A DNA stretch of 64,000 nucleotides, taken from NCBI RefSeq assembly GCF_009914755.1, contig NC_060931.1. One strand, given 5' to 3'. Each line of letters starts with the position of its first letter. Position 1 is the first letter of the stretch. Origin of the DNA: the human T2T-CHM13v2.0 reference genome, Homo sapiens. The notes under the pieces are model-generated. The model was given only the letters and a program-made list of their open reading frames with translations. It ran no database searches and had not been told where the DNA came from. Position numbers and translations under genes: made by a program. This document shows positions 1 through 15,109 of the stretch, piece after piece.

Positions 1-321
1 AGAAGGTAAAATTGAGTGAAGTTATAACTAGATACTATCTTATTTGGCCCAATCCACTCAAACTTTTGTGTGTATGAATATAGATTATTTGAGAATAATC
101 TGCATTAAGGATGTTCATTCCCTGCGAGGTTATGGTAACAGTGGGTGATGATAACTGAGATATTAAATACAAAGTAAATCGTAGAAAAATAAGAAGGATC
201 TTTATTTTAGATTATAGATTATTATATAAACAGCCCAATTTTAAGAATTTGTCATCAGGTATTCACCCTTTCATTAAAAAGCTTTTTAAAAAATGATCTA
301 TCATATGCTATACCCGCATGA

Positions 322-797
<476 letters not shown>

Positions 798-1464
798 CCA
801 TCTTTCTCTGATCTTTTTATATCTGAAAAAATGATTCATCTTACTCTTCCTTTCTGTGGCATAGCTCCTAATATTTTCTCACAGGGTACAACTAGTTCTT
901 AGGCTTCTGCTCACTGAAAAGGGGTAAGAAATGAGGGCATACTATAGATGCAGAGTTTTGTAATCATGTGGATATCAGCCACTTGTAATGGTATTAGGCT
1001 ATATCTATGATAATGATCATATGACTTAAGTCTTTACAATGTGTTAGATATTTTACTCACTCAAGATCTTGTGATTAAAAATAGGAATGTCTGAATTTGA
1101 AGGCACATTGGTTTAGTGCCAATATCCAAACCACTGGGATACAAGTTAAGAACAAGAAAAAAAGTGAGGATTACTCCCAGTCATTTTAAAGTTAAGATAA
1201 ATTACAAAACTGGCATATAATATGATACAACACATTAGGGGTTCAGCAAATTTCTTCAAAGGGTTAGACTGGTTCTTAGGTGGGATCAAAGACAAACAGA
1301 AGACATTCATCTATCTAATGAAACTAAAAGTCAATCAGGATGGAGTTGGCATAGTACTGAAAGAATAGCAAAAAGAATTCCAGAAGCACACCTTGGCAAT
1401 GCCCACTCAAACACTGTTAAGGGAGAAGGCATCTTGGCCAACAGACTCAGAGAATTACAGTCTC

Positions 1465-1590
1465 ATTCATCTATTCAATATTTTTTGAACACAGTATGTT
1501 CTAGCTGTCAGACTAGGTGCTAAGGATACAGTGGTGTACAAGAACCACAATGGCCCTCATCCACATGGAGCTTGTGTCTAGCAGGGGATT
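1465..1590 (-). mobile_element. L2 3' end fragment
   Basis: cattcatctattcaatattttttgaacac...actaggtgctaaggatacagtgg...atggagcttgtgtctag resembles the reverse of the L2 3' terminus. Confidence 0.65.
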
Positions 1591-4419
1591 TATATCCAGA
1601 GAGAATTCTAGATAGATGCTTCATACTGTTTTGTCAGATGCCAGTAAGTGTTTGAGCCATAGGACTCCTTTTATTCTGAACATACATTGGTTTGGTAGTC
1701 TGACTATAATTGGCTTTCTACGTAGATCTTTTATAGGAGAATATAATGTTTTTGAGAGACCAAGAGTTCTGATCTACCTCACAATTACTTATCAGGGAAA
1801 ATAAACAGTTTGATTTACATCAAGAAATCAGTCTACTATGAGTAAGCTGACAAAAATAAAATTTAGAACTTCTGAGTTTGAGGAGCAGATTTAGGCCCAC
1901 TAAAGTAATGACACCTTGTGAAGCCTCTTGGGGGATGCACAGCCAGGCAAGCACCCCAACCTCTCATTTGAATATTCCTCTGTTATCTTTGAAATAAACC
2001 AAATGCAACTCAAATTACAAGATAAGCATAGAAGTTCAAAGCTAGAAATGTTTATTATTCCAAATAATTAAAAATTATCTGATTAGAGACATTTATATTT
2101 TCCTATTCATAAAGTAGTCTGTGCAGTCAAAACAATTTTTAAGATATATACCTTAAATTTTTATCCCCAGAGTTACTATCTTGTGTAATATAAACCATGA
2201 TAAATACATTTCTCTCTGTTATGACTTCTTCCAATGACTCAAAACAAGTTAATAATACTTTGCTAACCATCAGGAATGAATTCCACGAATATAAAATGCT
2301 CAATGGGCCCTAAGTACCTTTCTTCCAAGCCACTAATACTAAGCCAAAAAAAAAAAAAAGAGGCATAACTGGCATCAAAATCAATCAGTAGGCTTTATAG
2401 AAGGATATCTTTATTGATTATTCATTAATGATACATCTGTGACTGCTTCTATTTTTAGTGCTATGCTATTGAAAAAGGTGACTTTTAATATGCAGAACTT
2501 TAGAAGTCATTGAAATAGTAAAGATGTACAGCGCAAAGACATGCTAAGTTCAATAATAAATGGTCACATGAATGAGGCCACATGTATTCCACGGTAGAGT
2601 TGACTTTTAAGGCAATACATTAAAACAAACATAAAGTAGTACCATATATTTATTATATAGTGGTCTCCGCTGGGAAACACAGACAAACATTAAGATATAT
2701 TATATACTTAAATATGCAGAAATGATCAGCTAAGGACCTGAAGATAATATAACAAGATTTTAAGTTTGCCAACTTTCTCTTTGGCTTTCTCCCTGGGTAG
2801 CAGAAAGATATATTCACTGAATCTTCTGAACAGCCAAAACTTTGAGGTTGAAAACAACCTTAAAAATCTCTCCTTACACTACAGCTCCCTCAGAAAATAG
2901 CTTTCTGTTTAATACAATTTTCCTCAAATTTTCACAAGGCCAACTTTTCTTGTGAGAAACAAATTCTTTCTTAAAAAAAAAAGCTCCTTACAATGTTCTA
3001 CAATCCATTTTCTCTTTAAACCCAACCTTTCAATTTATAACAAATTACTTCCTTTGGGTGAATCAGAAGTGCCATTGAAGTCTTTTTTAGGTAGCATATT
3101 TCTGAGCACTTACAAATAAGAGTGTATTTATAGAGAATGAATAATAAGAGGAAGAATTAGTTCAGGTAAACATGACATTAGAAACAGTAAAAGAATTAGA
3201 ACTGTAAAAATTGCTTCTGAAAACCACTGCTATATCCTACACACCATCTGTGTCTACTTTATTGATCATCAAAAGCTTTATCTCTACTTGGTTTCTCCAC
3301 TCTGGAATACAGCCTGAGAATAATTTTGAATAGGCAAGAAAGCAGTGAAAACAAATAAAAGGTTACATTCATTACCAGACATTTGAAGGAAGAAATGAAA
3401 TATTTGCACAAAATTGACCTGTGGCTGAGCAACATTATAATCCCCAAATCCCTAATATATACTAGCTGGTTGAAGGAGTAAGAGAATCCCATTGAAATAA
3501 TATTTTCAATGAAAGTGCTTCCTATTAAAGTGACATTTAGCAGAAGCTCTGGAAGTCACACATTTCCTAGCTTTCTTACTAAAGAATGTACTTCAGAAAT
3601 AATGAAATACAAAAATCTTCCACTCTTCAGTATCCAATTTTTGCTGCTCATGAAATGAGTGGGGGACCATGACATACCTCTCTAAGCACTGGTTCTATTT
3701 TCTTTGAGCCCCTGTATATCTATGGATTTAAGTAAGTTGTTCTCCCAGTTTTGGGGGTTGGATACCCTTTAGGATCTGACAAAAGTCATACACCTTCTTC
3801 TGCATACGTGTACTCACACAGTTGAATGTAAAATTTCAGGAGATTCACTCTCTTTAGAAGCTAATCCACATACTCCAGGCCAACATTCCAGGCTTGAAGT
3901 GAAAAGGTGAAGGAAGAATAGATATTTTGTATTGCTGAATTTAAAAATAAATTTAAAAGCAAGCAATAAAACAGGCAAAAGAAAGAATGAGAGAGAGAGA
4001 AAAGAAAAGAAAAGAACAATAAAATCTTGAAGGTATTCTGTGTCTGAATCTGTTAGGAAGAGCACCTCCATCATCATCTCCGTCCTGCTGTTTATGTTGT
4101 CACCAACTAAAGGTAGGTGGGTCAATGATAAAAGAGTACCTTCTGTTTATCTCCCAAGAATTCAGCTTGCCTGAGTGAGAATGGCCTATATTTCATCACC
4201 TAGTTTTTGAAGACTCTGAGCCCCAGATATGTCCTATGAGGACAGATTTCCAAACTAAAAATCAGGACATATAGTCTGACACCTTAAGTATATTTATGGA
4301 AGCATTGGTACTATCTAGGAAAGCCTATGATATCAGATAGATTGTGTCCCTTTTGTGATGGGTCTCCTCATCTCATCTAGAACTTTTAACTAACTCGTAA
4401 CTGCTCTGTAATTACACAT

Positions 4420-4620
4420 ACTAAATCTGCAATTTACTTTGAAATGCACCAGAAATAGGATGGATTGAAAGAAGAATATAGGAGTGATGTATTTTGGATA
4501 TGTGATAAAGCAAATATAGTAAAATGTGAGTGGTAGAATCTGAGTATACAAATGTTTATTGGAAAATTCTTCCAAATTTTCAAGATGTTTAAAAGGGTTT
4601 ATGATAAAAATTTTGGGAAA
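4420..4620 (+). mobile_element. Old L1 (L1MC/L1ME-type) 3' fragment
   Basis: atttactttgaaatgcac...gatatgtgataaagcaaatatagtaaaatg...tggtagaatct is a typical L1MC/ME 3' UTR motif. Confidence 0.6.
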
Positions 4621-6402
4621 AGTACAATGAAGAAATGAAAATTTTGCAGAAGAAATACTCCAAGTAGATGGCAATGATTATATAGCTGAGGTAGAATCAT
4701 AGGTGATGTTTTTATTTGTGGATTTTTTGTCTGTATTTTAAAATTTTCTATGGAGTTTTTTAGGGTGTAAAGTAACAACACCTTTAATAAAGGATTTAGA
4801 AATCAGACCACCATAAACTGGACTGCTGGAGCAGAGGATTGTTGTTGGAGACTGATAAGGGAAGAGCTTTGCAAAGTTGATGTGGGACTGTTTATTCTAG
4901 GAATCAGACTTTCTCTTTGAAGGTAACCAGGTAGAGGAGGAGTAAGAGCCTTAAGGGGCTGTGCAAGGAAATGGCGCAACAGGATTAGAGCTTTAAAAAC
5001 ATAATAATAAATTCTCAAAATAGAAGATTAAATTGGGGTGAAGGAAAAGGTACAGAGTACATGTGAGGTTCATGAGGAAACTCAGCAATCCACATAGCAA
5101 AATCTTTAGTAACACAAGCAGATTTCTTCTCACAGGCAATTACTATAAAAGCCTTTACTAGTTCTTACTAACATAAATAACTGCAAAATATCGTAGAATA
5201 TATCAGGGAGTGGGGCCTTATTCTACTTCACTAGCCAAATGATTTCCCAATACTGTCTTGTCCTACTCCTAGGAGAGAAGCAGGAGAGGAGAAAATTTTG
5301 GGGGCAGTTTGATTTTATAATGCATGTGAACAAGAGATGTATGTTGTTAAAAATATTTACAATTGTGTGGACACATACACACTTAGCCATAATTGCTTCA
5401 CCTGAGCCTCTTAAATACATATTAACAGCAAAAATATTGTAATAGAATCATTCTAGTAAAATTCTCTTTCTGAGTTCCATGTTATTTTCCGGTTAAATAA
5501 ATTCAGTGAAATCAATAATTTATTTTAAGAAAAACGCAGAGAAGTATTAAAAGTATCCTAAAATAATACATACAGCATTTACATTCTAGTAAGGGTTTTG
5601 TCCAAATAATGTTGTGTTATACTTGTCTGTAGGAAATCAGACAGCAAAATCTTTATATTGTGTTATAATGTCAAGCCATCAGTAAGACATTCATGCCTTT
5701 AAGGAATAAACTCAGTATTTGTGACTATAAGATCAATTTCTTACCACTAATATAAGTGAAGTGCAGGTATAAAGGAGCATTCTTAAAACAAGAGGAAATA
5801 AAATATTTGTATTTAATACAATGCCCCAACTGTAATGGTCACATATCTGAAAACGGTAATTGACTGATAAGCAACAAAATAGCAAAGAACAATAGTATTT
5901 GTAGTCTAAATTAATATACTGTCTCAGTAAATGTAAAATGCATAATCGTAAACATAACAACTATATGGATTGAACCTATTTTCCTCATATCATCTAAGAA
6001 CGACAATAGATGATATCATATGTTGCTTATGAATGAGAATTTGGACAAAGCAATCAGATGCAAAAAGACAAAGACAACAAATTATGTTTGACAGATTATG
6101 ATTTTTCTCTATTTCTCTCAATACAGGCATCAAATATAGCAGCATGTGATCACTGCAGCTGCACAGAGGCAAATGGAAGTTGGTACCATCATCTGAATCT
6201 ATTTTCCTTTATTTTTGTAATAGGTAGAAACTAGAATATAAATGCAGCCATTCAATACCACTCAAAAGCCTCTGAATGGACCAAATTAGAAGGAAGCACT
6301 AAAACCTGCCTAAGGAACCACTGAGAAAGCAGTTGCCTAAAGAGGCTTATGTTCTTGACCTACCTCAGTGAGCCACTATTTATAGGACCCAAGGCAATAC
6401 AG

Positions 6403-6920
6403 TGTGGAATATTAATTGCATTTATGGCCTCAATAATTCACCCCCTCTGTAGTCATTCCTTTGTCAAGTGAATTTTGAGTACTTCCTGTAAGAGCAAAGT
6501 ACATTTGACCACCCTATGTGACCCGCTTCAGACAACAGGACAAATCAGAAGTGACAGCATAACAGTGACAAACATAGACCTCAAGAGGTCTTGTATGTTT
6601 CCGCTTTCCTTCTTGCACTTTTGCCATTGCCATGAGAAGAACATGCCCAGACTAGACTGTTGGTCCCAGGAAAAGGATGAAAAACACGTGGGGGCAGATC
6701 TGTCAAAGCTAAGGGATGCCAACCAAGCCCAGCCTAGCACAGAGCCTGTGGTCATCCTGAGGTCAGTGAGTGATCCCAGGAGAGATCAGCGAAACCACTG
6801 AACTAAGCCCAGCCTAGTTCAGTGAACCCTGCACACATATGAGAAACAAATGTTCTTTGTTGTATGCCACTGAGATTTTTGTGATTGTCTGTTACAGAGC
6901 AGCAAAATCTAACTGATACA
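6403..6920 (+). mobile_element. MaLR LTR (MLT1H-like)
   Basis: Starts tgtgg, has the core gccattgccatgagaagaacatgccc, and ends ttgttgtatgccactgagatttt...ctaactgataca, the MLT1 terminus. Confidence 0.8.
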
Positions 6921-7183
6921 TAACTTTTCTGTGTCGAGTTTCGTTACGTATAAGTAGGTGGTAAATTTTTTAAATTGGCTTTTTGTAAAGACTATCTAAA
7001 TCTACAATACATGAAACATCTTGCACTTCCACTGCCTATTTTGAAAATTATTGACAAATTCTTATCTTTCCATGTGTGTACAGATTGCCCAGCAGTTCTG
7101 CCATTTTTTTACTGATATTTTTAATATGGTAGAAAAATTACATTATAATGTATATCAGAAGACCTTATATTTCTTTGTTTTAC

Positions 7184-7331
7184 CTTGTAAGAGAAAGACA
7201 AGTCACTGCATTATTTGATGGCCTCACATACAGACAACCCTGAAGGACTTTCATAGAAATGGGTGTCTACAGATCTTCCCAGAAGTTTTATGTCCTATTC
7301 CAGGATACAACAACAGTAACAGCTAACTGGA
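7184..7331 (-). other. Candidate internal exon (148 nt), probably 5' UTR, of the minus-strand gene
   Basis: Minus-strand acceptor ttttttcctatctcatag|TCC and donor AAG|gtaaaa in unique sequence. All three frames hit stops in the first ~45 nt. An internal ATG (MKVLQGCLYVRPSNNAVTCLSLT) is open to the donor. Confidence 0.55.
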
Positions 7332-8465
7332 CTATGAGATAGGAAAAAATAAATTTACTAAGTTGTCCTTTTCAAATATTTCATGCAATACTTTCATTAA
7401 TATACTTTCTAAAAACCATTCAACCACTGAGCAACTTATTAGAACATTGGCATTGGTTTTCCTTGTTCCATCTTAGAAATAATGCTTCCAAATTATCCAA
7501 CAGAGATGACTACAATTTTGGATGACTCACACTCTTATAGAACAAATCTTTGCAAAACATATTGTCACTGATGAGTGCCTTTGTGTGTTAGGTGAACTTT
7601 TAATAAATTTAAATAAACCTAAATGAGTTCTGATTTATTTTCCTTTAAAATGTTTAATCTGATTATCTGAAATGGAGGAGAGCAGCCTCAAGGGTTTATA
7701 GGTCCCATACCTAAACCATACTATAAATGCACATATGTGCACCAATCTAATAGATTTACTTTTAAAACACCATTTCACTTAGCTTAATATTAGAAATTTT
7801 GTCTTTCTAGTGTATACAACCAACAATTTGTACAAGAAAGTAGACCGAATGTGTGTTAGGTAATAGGGAGGAAATAGGTTCCTTATAAACATAACAATCA
7901 TTATTGATCAAGTACTGTGTACTAAGTGATGTTCTGAAAACACATTTTTGAGTCAAGATGCTCAAGATCTAATAGGAAGAAGACGTGAAATATTATACGA
8001 ATTCATGAATAAGCACAAAGAGAGATAAGATCACATATTGATAAACCATCTCACATAACCAATGAATATCAAATGTACCAATACCTGAAAAGAATCACAT
8101 ATTCAGTTAAATTGGTACTCTAAATACACTTCCTGAAATTCTTCCAAAGTGAGAAAATACACCAATTAGTTTTCCAGAGAGTATCTAATAACAGTTTTTT
8201 TCTATAAAAGAAACTTAGAGATATATTTTAACAGATTAGATTCATATTCTAAACGTAAGAATAACTAACATTACTTTAGCGACGCTCTGCCTGAAGAAAT
8301 ACTGGCTTTGTTCAGAGGTTAATATTTGGAAAACAAGGAACAGAAACTTACATTTTTAAGAACCATATTTCCAGACTTAAATGTCCAAACAATATGCAAT
8401 GCATATATCATTATTCTTATTTTCATTAGTGAGGCAACAATCTTAAAGAGGTCATAACCCTAGAA

Positions 8466-9843
8466 TAGATGTTCTTAACATGTAGTGTGTAGACCCCTGA
8501 GGGTCCCTAAGAACCTGAAGAGGGCTCATTAGGTCAAAATCAATTTCATAATAGTATTAATACTAATACTTTATTGTCCTCCCTTTTCTATGTTGATATT
8601 TGCATGCTGGTACAGAAGCAGTGGCAAGTATAACTGCTGGTACCTTATCACAAATCAAGGCAGTGGCAGCATCAGCTGTGCTAACAGTACACTGCCAGAA
8701 AACTGGGGGTGGGGGGAGTGTCAGAGTGTCGAAGTCTTTTAAGAATGTCCCTGACCAAACAGTAAAAAAAATGTTAAATCATAATTCTTGATTATATATC
8801 TTTTTAATATTCCATGTGACAAAATGAAAAATGCAAGTAACTTACTTCATACTTAAATATGATGTTTGTGAAAGCACCTGTGCAATTGTTTGAGTTGCAA
8901 GCTGAACTAGACACTTTGTGCATGAAGTACTGTTTTTACTTGAATGAATGACTGACAGATAAACTATGGCTATTCAGACTTGAGTATTTGGCAGACATTT
9001 TCTTGAAGATAAAGTAAACCTGACATTTCAAAGAAAACAATTGACAGTGATTGTTGCCAATAAAATTTGAGCTTTAGAGCTAAATTATAATTTGGGGAAA
9101 CTTTTATCTGCCACTGCCCATTTGATAAGCTTCCCAATATATAAAATCTTCTCTGAGGAAAAGAGTGGCAAAATTAAAGAGGTAACTGTTATGAATGTGT
9201 CAACATTAGAAAGATTGGCATAATTCAGTGAAACAATGAGCAATGCATGATGTTACAAACTCGTGCATGCAAAAAAGATTCATTCAAAATGCAAGATACA
9301 CCATTGGAATTAAATTTAACTGAGTACAAAAAATAAAGGTTCATTGATATGGTTTTCGATTCTACATTGCAACTAACCTTTAAGAAACTACCACTAATCA
9401 AAGTTTTGGTGTAGCATTAAAGAATATTCACAATTACTTAAAAAGGTATTAAAATACTCCTTCCTTTTCCAACTGCATATCTGTGTCAGGCAGATTTTCT
9501 TCATATACTTCAACCAATATAACATATTGCAACAGACTGAATGTAGAAAGAGATATGAGAATCCAGCTGTCTTCTATGAAGCCAGAAATTAAATAAGTTT
9601 GCAAAAAATATAAAATAATACATTCTTTTTACTATTTTTTGTTTTGGAAAATATAGTTATGTCTCATAAAAATTGTTTTTTTATGGCTTGTTATTGTAAA
9701 TGAATAAATATTTCTAAAGTAGTTGAGTTTTAATTTCAAACATAGTAAGTATTAACAGATATGACCCACATTTAAAAAAATATTTTTGGGGTCCTCATAA
9801 TTTTTAATAGTGCCCCTGAAACCAAAACATTTGAGAATGGCTA
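8466..9843. mobile_element. hAT-Charlie DNA transposon (Charlie1a-like)
   Basis: ~1.4 kb with end motifs gtagacccctgagggtccc...ggtcaaaa and ggggtcctc...ctgaaaccaaaacatttgagaa, plus internal aaactatggctattcagacttgagtatttggcagacattttcttgaa. Confidence 0.8.
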
Positions 9844-11812
9844 TCGCTTAGTGGTAAGGAGAAAATATTAAAACCCTGCTTACTCTGACCCAAAGGCCAT
9901 GCCTTTCCCACTTAACTGCAATACATTTCATTACAAATAAATTTCAGAGATTGAAATTTCCAAAAAATAGAGGAATTATTCTCTAACAGAAAAAAGCTTT
10001 GGTACCATAACAGTTTATTATTATTGTAAATTAATTTCAGACTTTCATAAACTATATAATATATGCATATCTCATATTAAGATACTTTAAGTCACATTTA
10101 TGACTATTATTTAAGTCACAGAGGGCTGAAGCAATTTCCTCCATGTACCTGCAAGTTTTCTTGAAAGACTGGGGATGTAGTATTAGAGGAAAAGTGATTC
10201 ATGCTTTAAGAATCTGTTCAATTAAATTAAGAATTGTCATAGCCTGAAAATCTGTTCTTTTACTTTTTGATGTAATATTTTAAGACTTTTTTTTCTGGTA
10301 ATACAGGCACTTAATTTTATTTCTACAGATATAATTCTAATTTAGGGTAATTTATGTTATTTCAGGTAAAAACATTTGACTTCCTAAACAAGTCACATTA
10401 TGGTATTGATGCCCTTTATTTTCCATTGTCAAGATATCTTTCTGCTTAGTTTGCTAACAAATCATTAGTCTTTCCTGCCACAATAAAACTGCAGGCTAAT
10501 ATTATATTTCAAAGGGTGCATTTTATGATATTGGTATGATTAAGGATGGTGTAATGAATTTATTAGCAGTTGCTCCAGCTTCATACCCAGTGAACTCTAA
10601 AGAAGGATGTTCATGATGAAAAAAGGATGGCTCAACTTCAATATTGAGAATAAAATAAATGTGTGAAATGTGTTGTTGAAGAATGTCTCATATGGCTTAC
10701 AAACGATTGTCCTTTAGATGGAAGATCATGTATTTCTTTTGGGGGAAGAATAAAAAGAAAGGGTGAAGAAATCTGTAGCATGGCAGCCAAAGTGAGTAAA
10801 TAAGAAAGAAGAAACTACATAAGAAAAAGAAAAATATAGATACATAACTCATTAAAATACTTACTGCATGTGCTTACAGCTCAAAGCAAGAATAAATTTA
10901 GGTAGCACAAACATAGAGAATCTAGGAAACAGAAAACTAATTTGGACAATGCATGAAAAGAGATACTCAGTTTAGCTGATCTCATTTTCAGTGTCTACAC
11001 CTCAAAGGGACTTCAGAGAGCATTGATTGTTTTCAAGTATTAATTTTTTAAAGGCAGGTGAATGCTTTTTTCCCCCTCAGTGAATTTATATATGGAATTA
11101 TAATCAACAAAACAGAGAAAAGTCGAGCTGCTATGTTTCAGTTGAGGGGAGAGCTTTCTTTTAGCCATTTCTACAGCCCCAAATCCATGGCAAAAAACAT
11201 CTCTGGCCAAAGGTCGTCAAACACCGAACTTGAATATAGGAATGCAGAGCAGTTGGGGTTGCGGGTAGGTAGCTGGCAGCGTGATAGAAACTTAGAAACA
11301 AAGATAAGGCAAGCTGGCCAATGTTTTAAGTGCCATTCTGAAGGCAATGGTAGAATTGAGAATGTGGTGATAGAACGAGGTGCCACTACTGAAATGAGAG
11401 ATTTTTCTGGAGTTTTGGAGAAGATTAGCACTGTGAAACCAGATAGATCAACAGAGAAGTCATAAGTTGCCCATGTAGGAAACACGAGCACATGACAGAA
11501 AGCAAAATCACTACCTCTAACAAAAATAGTATTAATTTATCTTTAAAATTCTTTAGTTGAAAAAGCTTCTATTGGCTTATAATTATTACCCAGAATCATT
11601 CCTAGGGCTTAAACGGTGTTTTCTTCTTAAAGCCTCGTGAAAGCAATTTCTTAGTTCTCTACGTAGGCGCACACCTCCTCGGCAAATGGTTTGTTTTTAA
11701 TAGGCGCCGCAAATCAGTAAAACTGACAATGAACTTGAACGGGTTTCCCTCTTCACGTCGGTAAGCAGAGTGAAATGTGCAGCCCACTCTTAGTAAGCGT
11801 GTATGATAACCT

Positions 11813-12175
<363 letters not shown>

Positions 12176-13310
12176 TTATTCCCTTATCCTTGTTATCACC
12201 TAACCTCATCTTTGCCATTTGGTTAAAATTGATGTTTTCTTGTTACAGTACATACCTTGATATATTTATAAAATTGTTAAAATCTTTTTTACAGCAAAGT
12301 AGGTTATCAGTAAATGGACAATAGTTTAATCTTGTTTGCTAAATAGTAACAGAAATGGGATGTGAGTCAAGTTTTGAGTTCTAGGACTAACATTCAAAAT
12401 CTTTAATCGCAGTATTATCTTCCTTCGTATACAGAAGCGATGGTACTTGTACTGTCTGATTGTCTCATTAAATAACAGCACAGTTATGTCAGATGACTGT
12501 CCAGTTTTAGGTGTGCAATCTATAGTCCTAGAAAAAAGCACAAGCAGCTAGGGAATTATGCTCAGAAATTCAGTTCAGTTTTTAGCATCACTGATACTAG
12601 AGACCAGTCAATTAAGTAATTCAGACCAGACTCTTTTTGCTCAATTGTGTAAACAAAGTATACCTAATTATGTTCTTTATCTGACAGAATGAGCATCCTA
12701 GAGTCATTAAAATGTATACTGAATAAGGATATGTGAAAGCAAACAAAGAAAGCACCCCCATGCTAATAGCAACATTTTCTCAAAAGTTTTTAGTCACATA
12801 ATTATTATAATATTATTTTAAACCTGAGAAGAATATTATTCTCAAGAACAGGCCTTGGAAATAGAGAATGATGCCGCCCAATTCAGACAGAAATTGGTTA
12901 CAAGGAAGTTAGACTACTTAATCAACATCGAAAAAAGTGTAGATTTGTGGCACACTGTGCCAGGATTTGAAGATAGAAAAAAAGCAAAGAATGCAGCCAT
13001 TTTTTTTCCATCCGGGAGTTTTTAACTTGATTGGGGAGATTCTATACACATAAACAGCAATTATAACATTGACAAATTTCTCACAAGTCATACAGGAAGT
13101 AAGAGCTATAGGAATTCTCATGAAATATCTTCTTGTTGGGTAATCTAAGAAGCTTCATAGAAGAGACAGCTTTCAAACAGGTTTAAATACTAGAAAGAAC
13201 GTAATGAGAGTGAGGTGACAGTGTCTGGTAGAAGAAACAGCATGAGAACTACCCATTTGGCTAGAACAAAACAGAGAGGCCTGTTTTGGAGGAATAGAAG
13301 AAAAAAGTTG

Positions 13311-13312
<2 letters not shown>

Positions 13313-13358
<46 letters not shown>
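13313..13358. repeat. (CA)n microsatellite, ~23 units
   Basis: Uninterrupted acacac run. Confidence 0.97.
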
Positions 13359-13360
<2 letters not shown>

Positions 13361-13549
13361 GAGGGGGGTTAGATCATAAAAGGCCTTGCATACCAGATAA
13401 AGGAGCATCTGGCCTATACTTTAATGACATTGAGGGATTCTGATTTATAAATTCCAGACTGCAGACTTATTTGAAAATACAGTAGAAACTTAGAAAGGAA
13501 GATTGAGTACTCATTTCACTGTTAATAATAAATAGTACAGTACCTTGTT

Positions 13550-13735
13550 CAGCAGTGAGGCTCTAGAGTTAGTGGAATTTGATTAAATCTTAGCTTTGCC
13601 TCTTTACTTTGGACAAGTTACTTAACTTCTGTCTGCCTTATTTATATCAACTGTGAAATAGGGATACTAACTATACTAGAGTTGTTTAAAATCAAATCAA
13701 ATAATGCAAGTAAAGCAAAATATTTGGTACCACTT
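13550..13735 (+). mobile_element. MIR
   Basis: ttggacaagttacttaacttctgtctgcctta...tatcaactgtgaaataggg MIR core. Confidence 0.7.
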
Positions 13736-13886
13736 AACCTCTCTATATGACGACCTATACATATAGATACCAATGCACTTATAAACACAAAACTATCATC
13801 CATAGATAATCTGTTACTTGCCTTGTCAGTCATGCCAAAAAAATGCCTTAAATTATAAGTTATCACGAAGGATAATTATCCTAATA

Positions 13887-13968
13887 ATCCTGATTACTGT
13901 CCTTTGATTAATAACTAGAAATTAATCATCTAGTTATCTAGTTATTATCAAAGGACAGTAATCAGGAT
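13887..13968. repeat. Near-perfect inverted repeat (hairpin)
   Basis: Arm 13887-13919 atcctgattactgtcctttgattaataactaga pairs with arm 13937-13968 tctagttattatcaaaggacagtaatcaggat: 32 bp, one 1-nt bulge, 17-nt loop. Confidence 0.95.
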
Positions 13969-14555
13969 CTGGAAAGCCCTTTTGGTAATTGCATTGGGTA
14001 GAACCGTACATGTAGAAAATTGGAACTTTTTTTTATGAAACATAGTGCTCAAAATAAAGAATGAATGATAAAGAAATAAATACATAATATAAAAACAAGC
14101 CTTTTAATTGACCAAAAGACCTTTCCAAGGTTACCCAGACAATCTCTCTATACCTTGTGAATTCAGAAGAATAGGCCTAAAAAGGTTACCAATCTCTCTC
14201 TTTCCTCCAGCTGGGACTACACTGACAACAAGTGAGATTCACAGAATTCCTCTACCATCAGTTTTTAACCTCCAGAGAAACTGATTCTTCTGTTTCCTGT
14301 GGTAACCTCTTCTAAGGGTCAATGGCTAAGCATGTCAGAAAATCCTTCCTCCTTGCCAAATTAATTTCTTCTTATCTATCCTATCGTGTTTTTATCTGTT
14401 TTGTTAGAAAGTGGCAGGTACTGAAATTTTAAAACTCAGTTTAAAAACAGGTAAAATTTAGTAATTTCCCTCTGGCTTGGATAATTTTCTGATAAGATCC
14501 CATGCCATCTTTGTTAAAAGAAGAATAATTTATTTACTCAAAGCTTGAATGAAGA

Positions 14556-15109
14556 TGTAAAGATGTATTTTCCAAAGATGCCCACAAGAAAATCCCCTAT
14601 CTCAAATGTTCTTCTAGAACCTTGCCTCTCATCCATCAAGAGGTTAAATCTAGTTCCCTTCCTCTTAAATTTGTAGCTTGCTTGTGACCAATAGATAGTG
14701 ACTCAACTGATGCAGTGTGACTTCCAAAATAAGGCTAGAAAAATCGATTCAGCTTCCACCTTGCTGGTAAGGGACCCTGACCCAGGATGCAAGTAGTCTG
14801 ATTGGGCTTCCCCACAGCATGGTGGCCTCTGACCAAACTAACCCATGTGGTCAGACCACATGGAGAAGCCCTAACACAACATGCAGACAAAGAGATTCTC
14901 AGCCAGCCCATGCTGCTCCAGCCCTCTCTTGTCCTAGCTCCAGTCAGTGGGACCACAACTGTGTGAGTGATCATGAGTCTGAATTATCCAGCCAAGTGCT
15001 TCTCAAAATCTTGACCCACAGAAATTATGAGAAATAATGAAATGATTATCGCTGTTTTAAATCATTATGTTTTGAAGTGATTTGTTATGCAGGAATAGTA
15101 ACTAGAACA
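14556..15109 (+). mobile_element. MaLR LTR (MLT1F/G-like)
   Basis: gattttccaaagatg-like start, gtgtgacttcc...ggctagaaaa core, and end ttgacccacagaaattatgaga...gtgatttgttatgcag...actagaaca. Confidence 0.8.

Noticed and set aside
11058-11465. 135-aa ORF as a protein-coding gene
   Set aside because: GTG start, no recognisable domain; retained only as part of the CpG-patch finding.
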